From Candidatus Moraniibacteriota bacterium (GTDB lineage Bacteria > Patescibacteriota > Minisyncoccia > Moranbacterales > UBA1568): a DNA stretch of 64,000 nt. How positions within the stretch are numbered: the first letter of the stretch is position 1; every line of letters starts with the position of its first letter. A model generated the notes under the pieces. The model worked only from the letters and a program-made list of their open reading frames with translations. It ran no database searches and was not told where the DNA came from. Positions 58,807 through 64,000 of this stretch are shown in pieces. The stretch is from contig CP064975.1 of assembly GCA_016699425.1 (NCBI GenBank), positions 923,957 through 987,956 of the forward strand, in the 5' to 3' direction. The translations under genes were made by a program, and so were the position numbers.

Positions 58807-59511
58807 TCAGCGCCTTAACATCTTTTGAAAAAGGGGCTTAAACATATCATCCTCGATATCAATGTGAAGCTCATTCCGATTCACTCTTTCACAAAACTCT
58901 ACTGGCACATCCTGAATAAGAGCGAGTGGTTGTTTTTCGTCTCCCTCGCCCATAAGGAGAACTGCCGCGGTTGCCAAACTATCCGCCACATCAGTACTCG
59001 AGAACTTGAGCTTTCGACCATAGATATCCGGTTTCCCTCGGTAATCTCTGAGACCGCGAAAGCCCGCATACCCCAGCGCTATTCCGACCACACCGGAGCG
59101 GAGCGGCATCGTTCTGCTATCCGTCAAAATGATCCCCAGGTTTTTCACTCTGTAATATTTCTGTAGCTTCATGCGGATGAGAGAGGCAGATCGAAAGCTA
59201 TCCTTTGGTAACAGAATGAGTTTGCCATTGGCATTTGATTCATCGATGCCGGCTGAGGGCAGGATCATCCCATCTTTGATAGTAAGCCAAACGTATTTCG
59301 TCTTCAGTGCAAAGCTACTTTCAGCACGGATCGCTTCCTCTTTCGTTTTGGAATCCTTGATAATCACCGTTCTTCTTTCTGCAAGAGCAACTATTTTGGA
59401 AGTAATAACAATGACTGACTTCTCAGGAATTTTTTCAATATAAGAAGTTATAAATGGTAGAAGATTCTCTCCTTCCAAAAACGTCCGAGTTTTTATGGCT
59501 TGAGTATGCAT
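58807..59511 (-). CDS. CofE-like F420-0:gamma-glutamyl ligase family protein
   Basis: 234 aa. Contains SKIVALAERR, AGIDESNANGKLILLP and TDSRTMPLRSGVVGIALGYAGF, the CofE family pattern. The gene is AT-rich. Confidence 0.7.
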   Translation of the reverse strand: MHTQAIKTRTFLEGENLLPFITSYIEKIPEKSVIVITSKIVALAERRTVIIKDSKTKEEAIRAESSFALKTKYVWLTIKDGMILPSAGIDESNANGKLILLPKDSFRSASLIRMKLQKYYRVKNLGIILTDSRTMPLRSGVVGIALGYAGFRGLRDYRGKPDIYGRKLKFSSTDVADSLATAAVLLMGEGDEKQPLALIQDVPVEFCERVNRNELHIDIEDDMFKPLFQKMLRR

Positions 59512-59528
59512 ATAGATGAAGGTACTGA

Positions 59529-60167
59529 TTATTGTTCATTATCTTTGAGGAGATGAATCCCTATGTAGGAAAGGGGCGTATAGAGCATCCCCATTGCGAC
59601 CTTATACAACCACCAGGAGAAAATAATGCTCACCAACGTGGAAGCGCTGTAGACACCAGCAAAGGCAATGACCATAAAAATAGTCGTATCCAGCAATTGC
59701 GACCACAGATTAGACAGAGATGAGCGGAGCCAGAAATACTTTATTTTCAGCTTGTTTCGAAAGAAAAAGAAGGAGAAGACATCTTGATACTGTGCGATCA
59801 AGAATGCGGCGAGTGAAGCAAGAGCAATCCGTACCGAAACCCCGAAGACTTGATCATAGCCATCCCGTACCCAGCCCCCAGCCTCAGACCAGGGCATAAC
59901 AAGCGACACAAGTGAATATGCGATGAACAGTGCCGTACTCAAAAACCCAGCGAGAACGAAATATTTTGCCATGCTCTTCCCATATACTTCGCCGATTACG
60001 TCATTCATCAAGAACACGATGGGGAATGAAAACACTGCGACAGAGAGATGAGACCCAAAAATGAAGGGCATAATTTTCAGGCCCAATGTGTTGGCCGCGA
60101 ATAATGAAGTCAGATATATGGCCAGTGCGATTATAAGCTTTCTGAACGAGCGGTCAGTAAGAATCAT
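59529..60167 (-). CDS. yhhQ: Queuosine-precursor transporter family protein (YhhQ/VUT, DUF165)
   Basis: 212 aa with 6 TM helices. Contains FPIVFLMNDVIGEVYG, the VUT family signature. The gene is AT-rich. Confidence 0.78.
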   Translation of the reverse strand: MILTDRSFRKLIIALAIYLTSLFAANTLGLKIMPFIFGSHLSVAVFSFPIVFLMNDVIGEVYGKSMAKYFVLAGFLSTALFIAYSLVSLVMPWSEAGGWVRDGYDQVFGVSVRIALASLAAFLIAQYQDVFSFFFFRNKLKIKYFWLRSSLSNLWSQLLDTTIFMVIAFAGVYSASTLVSIIFSWWLYKVAMGMLYTPLSYIGIHLLKDNEQ

Positions 60168-60180
60168 ATTTTAAGAGAGT

Positions 60181-60210
60181 AAAGAATAAATAAAACCGCC
60201 TGACAGGCGG
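60181..60210 (-). terminator. Hairpin plus T-run immediately upstream of the yhhQ start (terminator or attenuator)
   Basis: Minus-strand reading shows CCGCCTGTCAGGCGG followed by TTTTATTTATTCTTT. It ends about 15 nt before the yhhQ ATG. Confidence 0.45.
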
Positions 60211-60665
60211 AACTGAAAAGGCTAAAATTTCCGCTCTATCAGGATAGGATTGCGGTATTGTGGACAAAGCCGGACCAGGTTTTCGTGTATCGATTGTGGA
60301 GCATGAAAAGACTATACCAGGATTGATAGTGAAATTCAAATCGGGTCCTTTATAAGACTCTATTTGAATTTGCTCCGACGACAGACCCGAACCCCCGAGA
60401 GGAGAAGTTCGCTTAGAGTCCCAACACATCCGTGCTTCAAACCCTGGAATTACTCGCGGTCCGTAGATAGCCCATCTAGTTCGGGAGAAGAATCGGGCCG
60501 AGGGCGACCCCGAGAAAATACGGCCAAAGGATGACGGCCAAGATTCCCTGCCCAAACGTCAGGTGCAAGAAACCAATCGTGAAAAGCCAGCCAACACACC
60601 ACAGCCCGCCAGAGAAAACATGATTTTCCACCTTGATTTTCTCCACACGACGCCAGATTACATGA

Positions 60666-60902
60666 TTACGGTCTGGATGATTCGGATGCGGTGCGTTCCG
60701 CGTGCTTTACAGGCACGATAAAAATTGCGAGGACATAGGCGATGACACCCGGTGCAAATCCCGTAAAGACGGTGACGAGAATCCACAACAGTCGCAACAC
60801 CACCGGATCGACGGCCCAGTATTCACCCAGACCACCGCAAATTCCTGCCAGAACTTTATTCGACTGACTTCGTAGATGCTTCGTTGGTGCTCCTGTTTCC
60901 AC
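60666..60902 (-). CDS. PspC-domain membrane protein
   Basis: 78 aa. Contains KVLAGICGGLGEYWAVDPVVLRLLWILVTVF, the PspC domain signature, followed by a TM helix. Confidence 0.75.
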   Translation of the reverse strand: METGAPTKHLRSQSNKVLAGICGGLGEYWAVDPVVLRLLWILVTVFTGFAPGVIAYVLAIFIVPVKHAERTASESSRP

Positions 60903-60981
60903 ATCGTTAGATTAATTTTTTCAGATCCGCGTGAATCCTTTCCCCCATCCATCGGAAACGCACGCGCCCCTGACTCTCCCG

Positions 60982-61650
60982 CTACTGTACGGGAGCCGGC
61001 GCGCTCGGGAGCGTCATCCCGGCCGGCAACTTATCCTTCATTTCTTGCATGAGTTTCGTCGACTGCTCCAGCATCGCGCACTGGTCAGTGAACGTGACAT
61101 CCTTCGGGATCGTGAAATCAGCACCCGATGCCGGTTCACATTTCACGTTCTTGGCCATATCGAACGCCTTCTCCATATCCTGAGGCTCAGCTGGAGTCGG
61201 TGCCCCAGCAGGCTTGGGCAGATCCTTCACACTCGTCTGAAGCTTCTCGAGACAGGCCTTGGACATCCGCATGCCGGTCTTGGAAGCACTCGTCCACGAA
61301 TACTGGTTTTCACCATCCATGAGCGAGTACATCGTCATATCACCCACGGTCGTTGTCGACTTCACCTTGCTGCCTTCGATGAAAACGGTTGACACAACCT
61401 GATCATCCCCTTTGCTCATCGCATAGGTGCACTGCATCTTCTGACCGAGCCCCATCGCTTCTTTGAGGGAGGACACCATACCTTTCTCCTCCGCCATGGG
61501 AGTTGGATTCTTGGCAGCCACTTCATTGTTCGGATCCATTTGACCCGCCAGCGGCATATCGTTCGCAACCGGTTTCGGCCGGCTATTCCAGTAGAGGAAC
61601 CCGCCAATGAGGAGCACTGCCACCACGACCAGCCCGATGATTTTTCCCAT
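60982..61650 (-). CDS. Hypothetical membrane-anchored/secreted protein
   Basis: 222 aa. N-terminal TM helix (IIGLVVVAVLLIGGFLY), then a polar extracellular region with several Cys. Confidence 0.5.
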   Translation of the reverse strand: MGKIIGLVVVAVLLIGGFLYWNSRPKPVANDMPLAGQMDPNNEVAAKNPTPMAEEKGMVSSLKEAMGLGQKMQCTYAMSKGDDQVVSTVFIEGSKVKSTTTVGDMTMYSLMDGENQYSWTSASKTGMRMSKACLEKLQTSVKDLPKPAGAPTPAEPQDMEKAFDMAKNVKCEPASGADFTIPKDVTFTDQCAMLEQSTKLMQEMKDKLPAGMTLPSAPAPVQ

Positions 61651-61688
61651 AGTTATACGTTAATTGTTTCCAGTATACCACCCCACTA

Positions 61689-62009
61689 ATGTACTGGCGG
61701 AGCGGTCACTCGAGGTTCTCACAGGCAGTGTACAATAGAATTATGAAGAAAACCTCTCCTGATTCTCTCCAATCTATCCCCGGCATCGGTCCAAGCCTAG
61801 CCCGAGACCTCCGCGATCTCGGGATAAAACGCCCGAGCTGTCTGAATCGCGAAGATCCGGAACGGCTCTATCGCAAGCTGGAACGGCTCCGCGGTACTCA
61901 TATCGACCGTTGTGTCCTCTATGCCTTCCGCTGTGCCGTCTACTATACTTCCCACCGACAGCATGATCCGGAAAAGCTCAAGTGGTGGCATTGGAAAGAT
62001 GCAAAATGA
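61689..62009 (+). CDS. Helix-hairpin-helix domain protein
   Basis: Contains LQSIPGIGPSLARDLRDLGI, an HhH motif. An alternative start is at 61743 (MKKTSPD). Confidence 0.5.
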   Translation: MYWRSGHSRFSQAVYNRIMKKTSPDSLQSIPGIGPSLARDLRDLGIKRPSCLNREDPERLYRKLERLRGTHIDRCVLYAFRCAVYYTSHRQHDPEKLKWWHWKDAK

Positions 62010-62087
62010 GGCTCTGAGGGACAGCCTCCCCCGACTCGACCTGGTTTACAGCGCGCCGTATTCCTGCTAGGCTCCCCGTACAGGCCT

Positions 62088-62603
62088 ATGCTCGCGCGAC
62101 TCCTCGAACCGACCCTTCTTCTCGCCTGTCTGGGCGTTTTTTTCCTTTTATTGGGTGGACTCGCCATCTGGATGGCGCTACTCGCCCGGAAACTCCGAGA
62201 CCAAGAGAAGAAGCTCGGCATCTTTTTTTCCGGCAAAGAGGCAAAGGATCTCGAAACACTCCTGCTCGAAGAGAAAGCGCTCATCGCCTCAGTCGATGGC
62301 GACGTCCAGGAACTCTTTGAGATTTCGAATACGCTCCATCAACTCGGGGGCCGGAGCCTCCACAAGTGTGCAGTCCGGCGTTTCAACCCCTTCTCGGAGA
62401 CTGGCAGCCATCAGAGTTTCGCCGTGGCGCTCCTCGATGGCAAAGGCTCGGGTGTCGTGCTCTCTTCGCTCCACACCCGCGAAGGCACCCGCGTCTTCGC
62501 CAAACCAGTCAAACAGGGCGAGGCCGATGGCTACCCCTTCACCGAGGAAGAGAAGGCCGTGATCCGAGAAGCAGAACAAAGTGCCACCGAAAAGAAAGTC
62601 TGA
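62088..62603 (+). CDS. DUF4446-like membrane protein
   Basis: 171 aa. N-terminal TM helix, then RFNPFSETGSHQSFAVALLD...VVLSSLH, a pattern recalled for DUF4446. Confidence 0.5.
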   Translation: MLARLLEPTLLLACLGVFFLLLGGLAIWMALLARKLRDQEKKLGIFFSGKEAKDLETLLLEEKALIASVDGDVQELFEISNTLHQLGGRSLHKCAVRRFNPFSETGSHQSFAVALLDGKGSGVVLSSLHTREGTRVFAKPVKQGEADGYPFTEEEKAVIREAEQSATEKKV

Positions 62604-62655
62604 ACTCACCGAACGCCTCCCATCATTAATTTACTCACCCGACCCATCAACCACC

Positions 62656-64000
62656 ATGAGCACACCCGAGACTGAACCCATGAAGTCCGTCGCCCTGCCC
62701 GAAACCATGACCGTCAAGAAATTGGCGGAGTTTCTGCATGTCCCGGTCTCGAATGTCATCATGGAGCTCATGAAGAACAAGATCATCGCGACGATTAACG
62801 AAGAGATCGACTTTGACACGGCTTCCATCATCGCTAACGATCTCGGCTTCCAGACAACCGCCGATACGGAGGAGAAGGCCGGCTCACTCACACTCGTCGA
62901 CCTGGCCCGGATTGTCGCAGCTGAAAAAACCGAGGCAGATCGCAAGCTCGTTCCCCGCTCGCCAATCGTCACCATCCTCGGCCACGTCGATCATGGCAAG
63001 ACGACTCTGCTCGACACCATCCGCAAGGCAAATGTCGCCGCCGGTGAAGCAGGTGGTATTACCCAAAAGATCAGCGCTTATCAGGTGAAGAAGCACGGCC
63101 AGCTCATCACCTTCATCGACACGCCCGGACACGAGGCCTTCTCTGGTATGCGCGAACGCGGCGTCTCGATCGCCGACATCGCCATCCTCGTCGTCGCCGC
63201 CGACGATGGCGTCCGACCTCAGACGAAAGAAGTCATCCAGTTCATCAATGAGAAGAAGCTCCCCGTCATCGTCGCCATCAACAAGATCGACAAGCCCGAG
63301 GCCAAGGCTGATCGGGTCAAGCAAGAGCTCGCTGAAAATGGTCTCCTCTTTGAAGGCTGGGGAGGGGATGTCATGTGTGTCGAAGTCAGCGCCAAAGGCA
63401 ATATCAACATCGACAAGCTCCTCGATGCAATCCTCCTCGTGGCCGAAGTCGAAGAGTTCACCGCCGATGAAAAGCGCGATGGTCTCGCTGTCATACTTGA
63501 ATCCCACCTCGATCCCCAAAAGGGTCCCGTCGCGACGGTGCTCGTGAAAACGGGCACGCTCAAAGTCGGCCAGGATATCATCGCTGGTTCAGCGTTCGGC
63601 CGCGTCCGCCGACTGGAGGATTTCACCGGCAAGAATCGTGAGTCAGCCGGTCCGTCGGTCCCCGCCATTCTCTATGGTTTCAGCGATGTCCCCCAAGTGA
63701 ACGATGTGGTCCAGGTCGTCAGTGGCAAGTCGCTCGCCCGGATGAAGTCTCAGGAAGCGCTTCTCAAGGAAGGTGAAGTGAAGAAAGTGATCCGAAAGGA
63801 AGACGAGAATGTGAAGCGTTTTGCCATCATCATCAAGGCTGACGTCCAGGGCTCACTTGAGGCGCTCCAGCAAATCCTCAGCGCTATCGAACATCCGGAA
63901 GTTGCACTCGATGAGATCGCGTCAGGCGTCGGTAGCATCACGGAATCCGATGTGAAACTCGCCGCCTCGAGCAGCGCAAAGATTTTCGGGTTCAATGTCG
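62656..64000 (+). CDS. infB: Translation initiation factor IF-2 (N-terminal 448 aa; continues beyond window end)
   Basis: G domain with GHVDHGKTTLLD, DTPGHEAF and NKID motifs, followed by domain II. Open to the window edge, so it is absent from the ORF track. Confidence 0.93.
   Translation, partial: MSTPETEPMKSVALPETMTVKKLAEFLHVPVSNVIMELMKNKIIATINEEIDFDTASIIANDLGFQTTADTEEKAGSLTLVDLARIVAAEKTEADRKLVPRSPIVTILGHVDHGKTTLLDTIRKANVAAGEAGGITQKISAYQVKKHGQLITFIDTPGHEAFSGMRERGVSIADIAILVVAADDGVRPQTKEVIQFINEKKLPVIVAINKIDKPEAKADRVKQELAENGLLFEGWGGDVMCVEVSAKGNINIDKLLDAILLVAEVEEFTADEKRDGLAVILESHLDPQKGPVATVLVKTGTLKVGQDIIAGSAFGRVRRLEDFTGKNRESAGPSVPAILYGFSDVPQVNDVVQVVSGKSLARMKSQEALLKEGEVKKVIRKEDENVKRFAIIIKADVQGSLEALQQILSAIEHPEVALDEIASGVGSITESDVKLAASSSAKIFGFNV

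Noticed and set aside
60181-60330. preQ1-I riboswitch upstream of yhhQ
   Set aside because: The hairpin loop (5 nt) and the U-rich tail do not match the preQ1-I loop or A-rich tail consensus. Kept only as a generic attenuator or terminator candidate.

Overview
This 64 kb window is GC-rich (roughly 57-60%) and densely coding. Almost all genes from 1 to 48 kb lie on the minus strand. Gene content and architecture look like a reduced-genome bacterium, most likely from the CPR/Patescibacteria radiation. The evidence for that is: NDK and HisS carrying lineage-style extensions, a truncated TsaB-like protein, a TrbC/VirB2-like 'CPR pilin', tandem GH130 genes, ftsA-ftsZ without other dcw genes, and rpoBC detached from rplKAJL.

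Confident housekeeping calls:
- Glycolysis: gap, fba (class II), tpiA.
- Nucleotide metabolism: GalT-family uridylyltransferase, ndk, nrdR.
- Cell division and DNA: ftsZ, ftsA, ftsK, a RodZ-like protein, gyrB, recA, ssb, comEC (split into two ORFs).
- Translation and transcription: rpsU, rpsF, rpsR, rplY/ctc, efp, pth, hisS, infB (partial), rpoB, rpoC.
- Envelope: lepB, LCP family protein, SLT lytic transglycosylase with coiled-coil, Amidase_2, a GT2 glycosyltransferase, a GT39-like glycosyltransferase with TPR repeats, dgkA.
- Others: ybeY, YqeY, HIT, a NADAR-domain protein, a SAM methyltransferase, a sugar-type ABC substrate-binding lipoprotein, a CofE-like ligase, a YhhQ/VUT transporter, a PspC-domain protein.
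- RNA genes: tRNA-Pro(GGG) and tRNA-Ser(GGA).

Most interesting observations:
1. A TrbC/VirB2-like pilin ORF is followed immediately by a large G/S/T- and Cys-rich secreted protein. That protein has an FN3 domain and a (GS)n repeat and is broken by frameshifts.
2. tRNA-Ser is flanked by tRNA-derived partial copies, next to two genes that each carry GH130 domains (the second is a clear tandem duplication) and an orphan solute-binding protein.
3. A hypothetical protein plus NADAR gene pair is bracketed by two identical 34-nt terminator hairpins.
4. Two AT-rich islands (about 40-44% GC) carry a GT39-TPR gene and a CofE-like/YhhQ pair.
5. A roughly 900-bp ORF-poor, structured region lies upstream of rpsF.
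6. Four apparent frameshifts fall at homopolymer or simple-repeat runs (comEC, recA N-terminus, a small membrane protein at an A8 tract, the FN3 surface protein). These point to either indel-prone assembly or pseudogenisation and need read-level checking.

Note that the supplied ORF track shows GTG/TTG starts as 'M' and includes stop codons in its coordinates. Several starts were re-picked at internal ATGs on that basis.
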